Shown here: positions 56,297 through 64,000 of the stretch, one piece after another
How positions within the stretch are numbered: the first letter of the stretch is position 1
How the letters are laid out: the number at the start of each line of letters is the position of its first letter
Assembly: GCA_964347025.1 (NCBI GenBank)
Contig: CAYFWU010000001.1
Span: 26,081-90,080 of the forward strand
Reading direction: 5' to 3'
Source: an uncultured archaeon
Lineage (GTDB): Archaea; Aenigmatarchaeota; Aenigmatarchaeia; QMZP01; QMZT01
Length of the DNA stretch: 64,000 nt
Made by a program: the position numbers and the translations under genes
The notes under the pieces: model-generated
The model's input: the letters and a program-made list of their open reading frames with translations, nothing else
What the model was told of the DNA's origin: nothing
Databases searched by the model: none

Positions 56297-57769
56297 ATGG
56301 GAAATTTCGAAAACATACATGAACTTGCAGACCAGCGCGGTCTATTCTTCCCCTCAGCTGAAATCCATTCGCCTCCTTCAGGATTCTGGGACTTCGGGCA
56401 TCTGGGGACGATACTCAGAAGAAAGATAACCGACCTATGGAGGAAGGAAATCGTACGAAAAACTGATTCCCTCGAGATCGAAGGGTGTCTAATACTCCCC
56501 AAACAAAATTTTGAGGCCAGCGGACACCTAAAGGGGTTTGTTGACCCGCTGATTCAATGCAAGAAATGCCACAAGATATTCAGGGCGGACAAGCTTATAG
56601 AGAAGAAGTCAAAGAAGGAAATTCCTGAGGCTCTTGGAACAAAGGAATTTGACGGGCTCATAAAAAAGCACAAGATCACCTGTCCCGAATGCAAGGGGCA
56701 ACTGGCAAAAACCAAGAAGTTCAACATGATGATAGGAACATCCATAGGTCCTTTATCAAAAGAGATAAATGCATACCTTAGGCCTGAGACATGCCAAAAC
56801 ATATTCACGGCCTTCCAGAAGATATATAAAACTTCTAGGGTTTCCCTACCCCTAGCGATATCGCAGGTTGGAAGGGCTTTCAGGAATGAAATTTCCCCTC
56901 GCCAGGGTCTTGTCCGGACCAGAGAATTCAGCCAGTTCGAGACAGAGGTCTTCTTCAACCCCAAAAAAATCAATAATTTCCCGGAATTCGAAAAGTATAA
57001 AAACAAGCGATTGAGACTAAAACTCCTAGGAAAGGACAAGGTAGAGTCCGTTAAATTAGGAGAAGCAGTCAAGAAAAAAATAGTTTCAGGGAAACTCATA
57101 GCATATTACCTTGCAATTACCCAAGAATTCTTCGAGAAAGCTGGATTGGATCCTAAAAATATTCGCTTCCGCGAACTCGAGGACAGGGCCAAAGCCTTTT
57201 ATTCGGAAGAAACATGGGACTTTGAAGTGAATACGAGCGTAGGGTGGCTGGAGTTAGTCGCATGCAACTACCGAACGGATTTCGATTTGTCCTCTCATTC
57301 AAAGGTTTCAAAGACTGACCTAACAGTGGTTGAAGACGAGGAAAAGTTCGTTCCGCATGTTTTCGAGCTTTCAATGGGTCTTGATCGCATATTCTACGCG
57401 ATACTTGAGAACTCCCTCTCCGAGAGGAGTGGAAAACCAGTTCTAAAATTCCCGAGAGAACTAACACCCCTGGATATCGTGATCCTTCCACTCGTCCGGA
57501 AGGACGGGATTGATAAGAAGGCAAAGGAAATCCACGATCTCCTGAAAACGAATTTCGAAACCAAATACGATGAGAAGCAATCCATAGGAAAACGCTACGT
57601 GATCTACGATCAGCTAGGAGTCCCGCTAGCGATAACGGTGGATTACGATAGTCTCAAGAAAAAAGACGTCACCCTCCGCGATCGCGATTCAATGAAGCAG
57701 ATACGCGTGAAAATAAATGATCTGCCCTCGAAAATAAACGATTTCTTTGCAGGTAGGAAGATATTCTAG
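56297..57769 (+). CDS. glyS: glycyl-tRNA synthetase (archaeal/eukaryotic type)
   Basis: RGLFFPSAEIHSPPSGFWDFGHLG is the GlyRS hallmark. Class II motifs and a C-terminal anticodon-binding domain are present. Length 490 aa. Confidence 0.85.
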   Translation: MGNFENIHELADQRGLFFPSAEIHSPPSGFWDFGHLGTILRRKITDLWRKEIVRKTDSLEIEGCLILPKQNFEASGHLKGFVDPLIQCKKCHKIFRADKLIEKKSKKEIPEALGTKEFDGLIKKHKITCPECKGQLAKTKKFNMMIGTSIGPLSKEINAYLRPETCQNIFTAFQKIYKTSRVSLPLAISQVGRAFRNEISPRQGLVRTREFSQFETEVFFNPKKINNFPEFEKYKNKRLRLKLLGKDKVESVKLGEAVKKKIVSGKLIAYYLAITQEFFEKAGLDPKNIRFRELEDRAKAFYSEETWDFEVNTSVGWLELVACNYRTDFDLSSHSKVSKTDLTVVEDEEKFVPHVFELSMGLDRIFYAILENSLSERSGKPVLKFPRELTPLDIVILPLVRKDGIDKKAKEIHDLLKTNFETKYDEKQSIGKRYVIYDQLGVPLAITVDYDSLKKKDVTLRDRDSMKQIRVKINDLPSKINDFFAGRKIF

Positions 57770-58851
57770 TATCCTCTTTCTCTTTCCACCTTTTTATGAA
57801 CTTCCCTTTCCATCTTCCCCAGAAACAGCTTCATCGCCTTTGTGGGGTCCCATTCATGATCGCTTGCGTAGAAGTTCCCCTTGTCTGTTACGAACCTTCC
57901 CTGCACTGAATACTTCTTCCGTTTACCTCCGCTTTTGTGTGTCTCTACATGTATTGCTACGTAGTTCACTGTTAAGGACTTCAGGAGCTTCGTGATGGTG
58001 TTGTCAACCATTTCATCTATTTTTCTCTTTATGAATTCATCTTCTTCATCGAGGCCGCTGATCCTTATGTATACGGTTTCTAGGGATTTTCCTATCAGTT
58101 TGAAGATATCCCTGACAGTTATAATTCCTGCAAACTTATCGTTTTCTTCGACAATTACAGCGCAGACCCCTTCTTTTGAGACATCCTTGACTATTTGCTT
58201 GAGCTCGGTTTCCGGGTTCACCCTCAATATATCTTTTCGTAAGAATTTGCCTATTCCGATTTCTCCCAGCTTTGTTCTGTCACCGAACATTTCACCCCGT
58301 TTTGATCTGCTTTTATCTATCAATACACTCGCCAGACTTACGCTGTCTGCAAGACCTATGAATTTCCCGTTCTCATCAAGTATCGGAATTCTATCGAGAC
58401 CCATGTCCTTCATAACGGAAATAACGGTTAATAGCGTGTCATTCGCGCTTACACAATACGGAAAATTCATCACATCCTTCGCCTTTTTACCCCCGAACAC
58501 CTCTTCTTTCACAAATTTCAGAAGTTTGGGTTTTGTAACAACGAAAATTTTTCCTCCCTTCTTAACGGGAAGTGATCTGTATTCGCTCACGAGCATGTAG
58601 TTGATTACATCCTCGACAGAGGAGTCCACGGCAAATGGCTTTACAGGCTTCATGAAATAGGAAACCTTCATTTTTCGAGGTTCGCTGACCCTTCTTTTAA
58701 CTATGTCGTTCAATGTGACTATACCCTTTAAAACCCCGTCAAACACGAATGCCTCGTATTTTTTGTTTTCCGCCATAGTGAAGGCCACGTGTGAAAGACT
58801 TTCGTCAGGCTTGACCAGAAACGCATCTTCAAGGATATCCTCCAGTTTCAT
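57766..58851 (-). CDS. CBS-domain protein (multiple CBS pairs)
   Basis: Repeated CBS signatures. Length 361 aa. Confidence 0.6.
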   Translation of the reverse strand: MKLEDILEDAFLVKPDESLSHVAFTMAENKKYEAFVFDGVLKGIVTLNDIVKRRVSEPRKMKVSYFMKPVKPFAVDSSVEDVINYMLVSEYRSLPVKKGGKIFVVTKPKLLKFVKEEVFGGKKAKDVMNFPYCVSANDTLLTVISVMKDMGLDRIPILDENGKFIGLADSVSLASVLIDKSRSKRGEMFGDRTKLGEIGIGKFLRKDILRVNPETELKQIVKDVSKEGVCAVIVEENDKFAGIITVRDIFKLIGKSLETVYIRISGLDEEDEFIKRKIDEMVDNTITKLLKSLTVNYVAIHVETHKSGGKRKKYSVQGRFVTDKGNFYASDHEWDPTKAMKLFLGKMEREVHKKVERERGY

Positions 58852-58855
58852 GACA

Positions 58856-59056
58856 TCACAACCCGCTTTTCTTCATTCTTTTTATCTCTTTGGTTATGTA
58901 ACCCGCCAGGATGTTCTTTATCTTCTTGGATTTTATTTCCTTTACCTCTCCCAGAACCTTTTTGTTCTTCTCAAAATTATCAGTGAAAAGCTTTCCGTGT
59001 TCCTTGATTATCTGGTTTCCCATAACCTTTATGGATGCTGTTTTTATCCTGCCCAT
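58856..59056 (-). CDS. rps17e: ribosomal protein S17e
   Basis: MGRIKTASIKVMGNQIIKEHGKLFTDNFEKNKK...ILAGYITKEIKR matches S17e. Confidence 0.8.
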   Translation of the reverse strand: MGRIKTASIKVMGNQIIKEHGKLFTDNFEKNKKVLGEVKEIKSKKIKNILAGYITKEIKRMKKSGL

Positions 59057-59105
59057 GTAATCACCATAGAATCTTCTCTATAACATTAATTCTGAACACA
59101 ATTAT

Positions 59106-59978
59106 TTAAAATAGTTTTATTTGGAACTGTCCAAGGAGGGAGAATATTGTGTAACCTATGACTACCAGGACCAGTGAATGTTTGAACCCGGCCACGAGCG
59201 AGCCTTCGGCCATCTTCCCCGTGGCAAGTCCTGCAAAAAAACCCTGCACAATTATAAAGTTTACGAATGTCTGGGAGTAAAGTTCTGCTGGCATTTGTCC
59301 TGTATCCTCCTCTAAGCCGCCAGCTATTGTTGCAGTTCCAAGGGCAGGTATCAGAAACGCCTGTAGTATGACAAGGATGAATATGAAGACAAAGAATATG
59401 AGATAGGAAGTTACGATTTGCGCTTGCACGGAGGCCGAACGTTCCTGCTTTATCTTGTTTATCTCAACAAGTGACTGACCTATTGCCTTCAGCGTATCCG
59501 AAATCTCGCCACCGACCTTATAGGTTTCTATTATTGTCCCGACAGATCTTTTGATGGGAACAGACCCCACCTTTTCTGAAAACATGGATAGCGCCTGCTC
59601 GAAGGGGACGCCCCAGTCAACCTTGCTGTTTATCTCCTTGACGTAAGGGGTCAGAACGCCGTAACCCCTCTTTACAGAGTGTTTCAAAGCGATTGGTAGC
59701 GTCATCCCGGAATCTATCGCTTCTGTTAGGTCGGTGATAAACATAATAAACTGTTCCTCTATCTCCTTCCCTATTTTGTATCTTGAATAGAACAACAGGA
59801 AGGGAGGTATTATTGCTATCAGGGCTCCAAGCATGTTGATTAACGGGGTTATGAAGGGGAAAAGAATTGAGATTACAAAAAAATTCAGAATCAGGATAAT
59901 AACCCCTAATACAACAAACATGGCCTCAAATACCAAGATCCTGTACTTCTTAATGCTAAATTTCATGCCAGACATCAT
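59106..59978 (-). CDS. TadC/FlaJ-like type IV filament platform membrane protein (single T2SSF-like domain)
   Basis: 290 aa. The N-terminal TM pair, a cytoplasmic ~110-aa domain, and C-terminal TMs fit GspF/TadC topology. 4-nt overlap with the upstream paralogous gene. Confidence 0.55.
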   Translation of the reverse strand: MMSGMKFSIKKYRILVFEAMFVVLGVIILILNFFVISILFPFITPLINMLGALIAIIPPFLLFYSRYKIGKEIEEQFIMFITDLTEAIDSGMTLPIALKHSVKRGYGVLTPYVKEINSKVDWGVPFEQALSMFSEKVGSVPIKRSVGTIIETYKVGGEISDTLKAIGQSLVEINKIKQERSASVQAQIVTSYLIFFVFIFILVILQAFLIPALGTATIAGGLEEDTGQMPAELYSQTFVNFIIVQGFFAGLATGKMAEGSLVAGFKHSLVLVVIGYTIFSLLGQFQIKLF

Positions 59979-60853
59979 ATCCCCGGATATGTTACATGTA
60001 TGAATGCGAGATACGAAACGTTAAGTATTGGTAACATCACCCATGTTATGAGCAACATAACATCCTGTATCCCCAGACCCATCACCTGACCGCCTATTAT
60101 GCTCATCGTTGCCAGAAGGGCGAGCATCATCAGGGGGGCGGCCACGAGCAAGGCAGTATAAATATCTGCGTAGGTCGAAAGCGTCTTCATATATTTTTCC
60201 CTCTTAATCCTGTAATCAAACAATGCCTTGTCCGCCATCTCTCTTAAATACGACATAAGATTCCCACCTGTTTCTATTGTTGAAACAATCCCCAGCAGCA
60301 ACTCCCTGAATTCCTGCGATGGGGTTATATCCCCAACGTTTTTGATGGCATCAACGCTGCTCATTCCAAACGTTTTTATGTTCCTCATTATCAGTCTTGA
60401 TTCCTCTGATATCTCTCCGTACTCTTTGAAACCAGTCAGCAATTCAAAAACGAATTCTGGTGGTATGCCAGAGGAAGCAATGGCAGCCATGTGCGTTATG
60501 GCGAAGGGAAGATTGTTTTCAATGCTACTCTTCCTCGATTTTTCCCTCTGAACAGGATACAGGTAGAAAATTATGAATGCGACCGAAGCCACGAAAACAG
60601 GAAAGAACACTATCGTGAAGACATAAATGTAAAATTCAATTTGTATGAAAAAGGTGAGAACCACATATGTGGCGATGAACGCTATGATGAATAGCAGAAC
60701 AGTTGTAAACAGTATGAGGGAAACCCAAGTTTTCAACAAAATCTTCATGTTGGCATTTTTTATGTGCGGTTCTAGGGGTCTGAATGAATCTATCCACTTA
60801 TCAACAAGTCCTCCAAAAAAGACCAGTGACAACTTTTTGTAGAATGACAACAT
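59975..60853 (-). CDS. TadB/FlaJ-like type IV filament platform membrane protein (single T2SSF-like domain)
   Basis: 292 aa with the same topology as the neighbour. Together they resemble a split FlaJ/TadB-TadC pair. Confidence 0.55.
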   Translation of the reverse strand: MLSFYKKLSLVFFGGLVDKWIDSFRPLEPHIKNANMKILLKTWVSLILFTTVLLFIIAFIATYVVLTFFIQIEFYIYVFTIVFFPVFVASVAFIIFYLYPVQREKSRKSSIENNLPFAITHMAAIASSGIPPEFVFELLTGFKEYGEISEESRLIMRNIKTFGMSSVDAIKNVGDITPSQEFRELLLGIVSTIETGGNLMSYLREMADKALFDYRIKREKYMKTLSTYADIYTALLVAAPLMMLALLATMSIIGGQVMGLGIQDVMLLITWVMLPILNVSYLAFIHVTYPGI

Positions 60854-60883
60854 ATTTAATTATTGCTTCGGTTTCATAAAAAT

Positions 60884-60898
60884 AAACTTTTAAATACT
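60884..60898 (+). promoter_or_regulatory. BRE/TATA promoter of the SRP RNA
   Basis: The sequence aaaCTTTTAAATAc is centred ~26 nt upstream of the predicted RNA 5' end (60917). Confidence 0.4.
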
Positions 60899-60914
60899 CA
60901 TTCCCAAAAGAAGC

Positions 60915-61193
60915 ATGGTAGGGACTAGACTGGGAGGTTAGGCGTCTCCTGTAACCATAAACCGCCTTCATGATGGAGTCGAAGCCTAAAGGCGATATTG
61001 GGATATCAAAAGGCCCGTGGTCCCAACTGAGAAGCTCTGTCCTTCAGGGTTTTTAGTATGATGAACCGGGTCAGGACCGGAAGGTAGCAGCCCTAAGTTA
61101 TATTAGCGACGCTTGAAGGGTAGCGGAGTGGAGGAGGGATTGTGGATAAACCTTTTGGTTGATCAATGTCCACTGATGGTGTGTCCCTACCTT
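60915..61193 (+). ncRNA. ffs: signal recognition particle RNA (7S/SRP RNA)
   Basis: The conserved helix-8 motif is ...GGTCAGGACCGGAAGGTAGCAGCC.... The 5' GGTAGGGAC pairs perfectly with the 3' GTCCCTACC (helix 1). It is followed by a T-tract and lies upstream of the BRE/TATA. Confidence 0.7.
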
Positions 61194-61266
61194 ATTTTTA
61201 TTTCTAAATTCTCCAAGGTCGAAAGAAACAGGGAAAATATAAAATTTGAAAACAATTATATAACAC

Positions 61267-62052
61267 ATGCACAGAAGACCTCGTAGATACAGAGGAGTAA
61301 AAACAACAACGTTCATAGTTTTTTTAGTAACGGTGTTCTTTCTGGGTTACTATATGGGAAACTACATGAACGAGACCATAATCATTTACTATAACCGCAC
61401 GAGGCCCACGAATATCGTTACCTACGTACCTTACACTTCCGAAAACACCTCATACTCATCTATCGTCGTCCCAGCTGTTGACGAGGAGGGGGAAGGGCTG
61501 ACCACGGTCCTAAACGTTCAGATCGTTCCAGGTTCTGGAAAAATTTTGGCCAACATAGACAAGCTTTTGTTCTGGACTGACACGCAGAATTCTATTCGAA
61601 TCTCCAGCAAGGTTGCCTCGAACATAACGGGAACAGACCTATCAAACTATGATTTGATATACACAATAGAGACGAATGCAACAGCTGTGGAAGGCCCATC
61701 CGCCGGAGCTGCCCTTGCGATTGCCACGATCGCGGCTCTGAAGGGAAATACACTTGACCCAGAGGTAATGATAACGGGCGCTGTAAACCATGACGGAACT
61801 ATAGGACCTGTTGGAGAAATCCTTCCAAAAGCAAATGCAGCGAAGGATGCAGGAGCGAGACTTTTACTGGTCCCACTACTTCATTCAAAAGAGATAACCT
61901 ACAAAACCAAGAAATACTGCGAACAGATAGGGACATCAGAGATATGCAGCACAGAAAAAATCCCCACAGAAGTGGATATCTCTGAAGAGGTGGGCATAGA
62001 GGTGGTTGAGGTCAAGACAATAGAGGAAGCGATAGATTATTTTTTCACCTGA
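61267..62052 (+). CDS. membrane-anchored Lon-type (S16) protease-domain protein without an AAA+ module
   Basis: An N-terminal TM, then the S16 catalytic region TAVEGPSAGAALAIATIAALKG...ITGAVNHDGTIGPVGEILPK. The active-site S is in GPSAG and the active-site K is in KANAAKDAG. Confidence 0.65.
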   Translation: MHRRPRRYRGVKTTTFIVFLVTVFFLGYYMGNYMNETIIIYYNRTRPTNIVTYVPYTSENTSYSSIVVPAVDEEGEGLTTVLNVQIVPGSGKILANIDKLLFWTDTQNSIRISSKVASNITGTDLSNYDLIYTIETNATAVEGPSAGAALAIATIAALKGNTLDPEVMITGAVNHDGTIGPVGEILPKANAAKDAGARLLLVPLLHSKEITYKTKKYCEQIGTSEICSTEKIPTEVDISEEVGIEVVEVKTIEEAIDYFFT

Positions 62053-62090
62053 GTTAATTTTTTTAACTTAGCCATTCTAATTTATTCTTT

Positions 62091-62846
62091 ATGATTGATG
62101 TGCATGCTCACATGTGTTGGAAATCTTACGAGAAGGACCTGGACCAAATAATAGCTAGATGTAAGAAGGAGATAACAGCAATCATCGCGAGCTCCGCCCG
62201 ATACGAAGAGGGATTGAAGGTCCTTTCCCTTACCGATAAACACCCTAAATTCATCTTCCCAAGCATCGGGTTTCATCCGGTTGAGGGAGGGAATGATCCT
62301 GAGAGGATAATGAAGCTAATAAAGGAAAACAGGGACAGGATCGTTAGCGTGGGCGAGGTTGGATTAGACTATCACTGGGAGAAAGACCCGGAAAAACACG
62401 AGATCCAGAAGGAGATATTTTCGAAATTCATAGAACTTGCAAAATACCTTGGAAAACCCCTAGTAATCCACTCTTGGGGCGCGGAAAGAGACGTGTACGA
62501 GATGGTTAAGGATTCAGGGTTGAAATGTATTTTCCATTGTTTTGGAGGAAAGAGGGATCTGGCAAAGGAAATATTTTCTAAGGGCTTTTACATATCGATT
62601 TCAACAATGGTTCTGTTCTCAAAAAACGTCCGGAAGGTTGCGAAGGATATACCGATGAACAGGCTTCTCCTCGAGACTGACTCACCCTTCCTTTCTCCGG
62701 ACAAGGACAAAGATCCCAGAAACTACCCCTGGAACATAAAACTGGCTGCAGAGAAGATAGCGGAGTTAAGAAAGATCCCGAAGGAAGAGGTTCTAGAAAG
62801 TGCGAAAAGGAACGCGATAGAAGTTTTTGATTTAAAAATAAGTTAA
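62091..62846 (+). CDS. tatD: TatD-family metal-dependent hydrolase
   Basis: N-terminus MIDVHAHM, the motifs GEVGLDYHW and HSW, and a C-terminal LETDSPFL. Confidence 0.8.
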   Translation: MIDVHAHMCWKSYEKDLDQIIARCKKEITAIIASSARYEEGLKVLSLTDKHPKFIFPSIGFHPVEGGNDPERIMKLIKENRDRIVSVGEVGLDYHWEKDPEKHEIQKEIFSKFIELAKYLGKPLVIHSWGAERDVYEMVKDSGLKCIFHCFGGKRDLAKEIFSKGFYISISTMVLFSKNVRKVAKDIPMNRLLLETDSPFLSPDKDKDPRNYPWNIKLAAEKIAELRKIPKEEVLESAKRNAIEVFDLKIS

Positions 62847-62869
62847 ACATAATTTCTATGTGAAAACAT

Positions 62870-64000
62870 ATGATAAGAGAGAACGCCATCAAAATCCTAG
62901 GAGAAGGTTACGTTTGCGATCATTGTCTGGGGAGGCAGTTCGCAAAATTACTTAGCGGTTATTCCAACGACGAAAGGGGGAGGATGATAAGAGGTTTTCT
63001 AGCCATGGAATACGAGATCAAACCTTTTGGGATTGATACCTCGAACCTTTATGGCTTTGATTTCAGGAAAAGAGAAACAATAAAAAGGAAACCCGGAAAA
63101 TGCATGGTTTGCAGAGGTCTGTTCGATGAGCTTCCGAAACTGGCAGATCAGGCAACAAAAATTCTTAAGGGTCTGGATTTCGAAAGATTTATGGTCGGTG
63201 TTAAGATGAGTGATTCCCTTGCGATGGCAGAGGAATCTCTCTGGGAGAAGGCAGGTATCGCTTACTGCGAACCCATAAAATATGAAATTAACAGGGAAAT
63301 GGGAAAGCTCATTGAGAAAAAGATGGGTAAAATACCGGATGAGAACAGACCAGAAGTTATAATTTTAATTGACCTCCAAAAAAGGAGGATAGAAACATCG
63401 ATCAACCCCATATACGTTTATGGCGAATACAAAAAACTTGTTAGGGGCATCCCACAGACAAGACTGAGAGGGTATAAGGAAACAGTGGAAGATATCATAG
63501 CAAGGCCTTTATTGATGGTTACGAAAGGGTTCTCCCACAAACTGCATGCATGCGGGAGAGAGGATAAACAAGCGAGATGTCTAGATTGGAGACCATTTAT
63601 TTTGGAAATCGACCAGCCATTGAAAAGGAGGATAAACCTGAAAGATGCAGAGGGCAAGATAAACAAGGATAAAAGGATTAAGGTTAAGGGCCTCAGATAT
63701 TCTTCGCGAAAGGAAATTGTTGAAATGAAGAAGAAGAGAATAGAAAAGGTTTACAAATTAATAGCAAATTTTGAAAGACCAGTCAGAAATATCACAAGGG
63801 TTAAAAAAATAGTTGGAGTTGTGAATCAGAAAACCCCAGACAGGCTTTTGCCAAGGCAATCCGATAAACTTAGACACAAAAAGGTTAAAAGTATTAGATG
63901 GAAAAAGATAAATACTAAAACCTACGAATTTCATATACATACGGAAGCGGGCTTGTACATAAACGAACTCGTTTCCGGAGACAAGGGACGAACGAAACCA
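62870..64000 (+). CDS. pus10: tRNA pseudouridine synthase Pus10, N-terminal ~377 aa (3' end outside window)
   Basis: ATG at 62870. The open frame runs to the window end. N-terminal Zn ribbon YVCDHCLGRQFAKL...CMVCRGLF is typical of archaeal Pus10 (THUMP-like plus catalytic domain). Not in the ORF track because there is no stop. Confidence 0.7.
   Translation, partial: MIRENAIKILGEGYVCDHCLGRQFAKLLSGYSNDERGRMIRGFLAMEYEIKPFGIDTSNLYGFDFRKRETIKRKPGKCMVCRGLFDELPKLADQATKILKGLDFERFMVGVKMSDSLAMAEESLWEKAGIAYCEPIKYEINREMGKLIEKKMGKIPDENRPEVIILIDLQKRRIETSINPIYVYGEYKKLVRGIPQTRLRGYKETVEDIIARPLLMVTKGFSHKLHACGREDKQARCLDWRPFILEIDQPLKRRINLKDAEGKINKDKRIKVKGLRYSSRKEIVEMKKKRIEKVYKLIANFERPVRNITRVKKIVGVVNQKTPDRLLPRQSDKLRHKKVKSIRWKKINTKTYEFHIHTEAGLYINELVSGDKGRTKP

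Noticed and set aside
57992-58600. 202-aa plus-strand ORF
   Set aside because: It is antisense to the CBS-domain gene 57766-58851.
61098-61316. 72-aa minus-strand ORF
   Set aside because: It overlaps the SRP RNA 3' half and the start of the Lon-domain gene. The SRP RNA call explains the region better.

Overview
Low-GC (~40%) archaeal chromosomal window, probably from a small-genome DPANN/Nanoarchaeota-like lineage. Supporting signs: tight gene packing, leaderless-type promoters, class-III-signal pilins, a crenarchaeal/eukaryotic-type eS26, and a tRNA-Ile with a UAU anticodon. Most of the window is information processing: the tail of an A-type ATPase operon (B, D), NAC, family-B DNA polymerase, Orc1/Cdc6 with an adjacent ORB-containing origin, thermosome, AlaRS, the L12-L10-L1 ribosomal cluster, CCA enzyme, DnaG, RadA, RPA, RtcB with archease, PheRS alpha/beta, GlyRS, Pus10, TatD, S17e, and pyruvate phosphate dikinase. 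Three RNA genes that the ORF track cannot see are supported by hand folding. They are a tRNA-Arg(CCU), an intron-containing tRNA-Ile(UAU) on the minus strand with one anticodon-loop and one T-loop intron, and an SRP (7S) RNA. The most unusual content is surface and accessory. First, a tandem array of four divergent paralogous two-domain lipoproteins sits divergently next to a class-III-signal pilin gene; this is a candidate undescribed surface or host-attachment module. Second, four pilin-like genes, a FlaI-like ATPase and a split TadB/TadC-like platform are scattered across the window. Third, there is an LTD-domain, sequon-dense, Cys-rich secreted protein. Fourth, there is a radical-SAM/SPASM enzyme with an uncharacterised N-terminal domain. 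Other points of interest are a possible remodelled PolD small-subunit-like OB protein plus a stand-alone phosphoesterase beside the origin, a small membrane ORF inside the ATPase operon, and repeated short DNA motifs (a CATGTGAA cluster and paired GTTTAAAC palindromes). No CRISPR arrays, integrases or transposases were seen.
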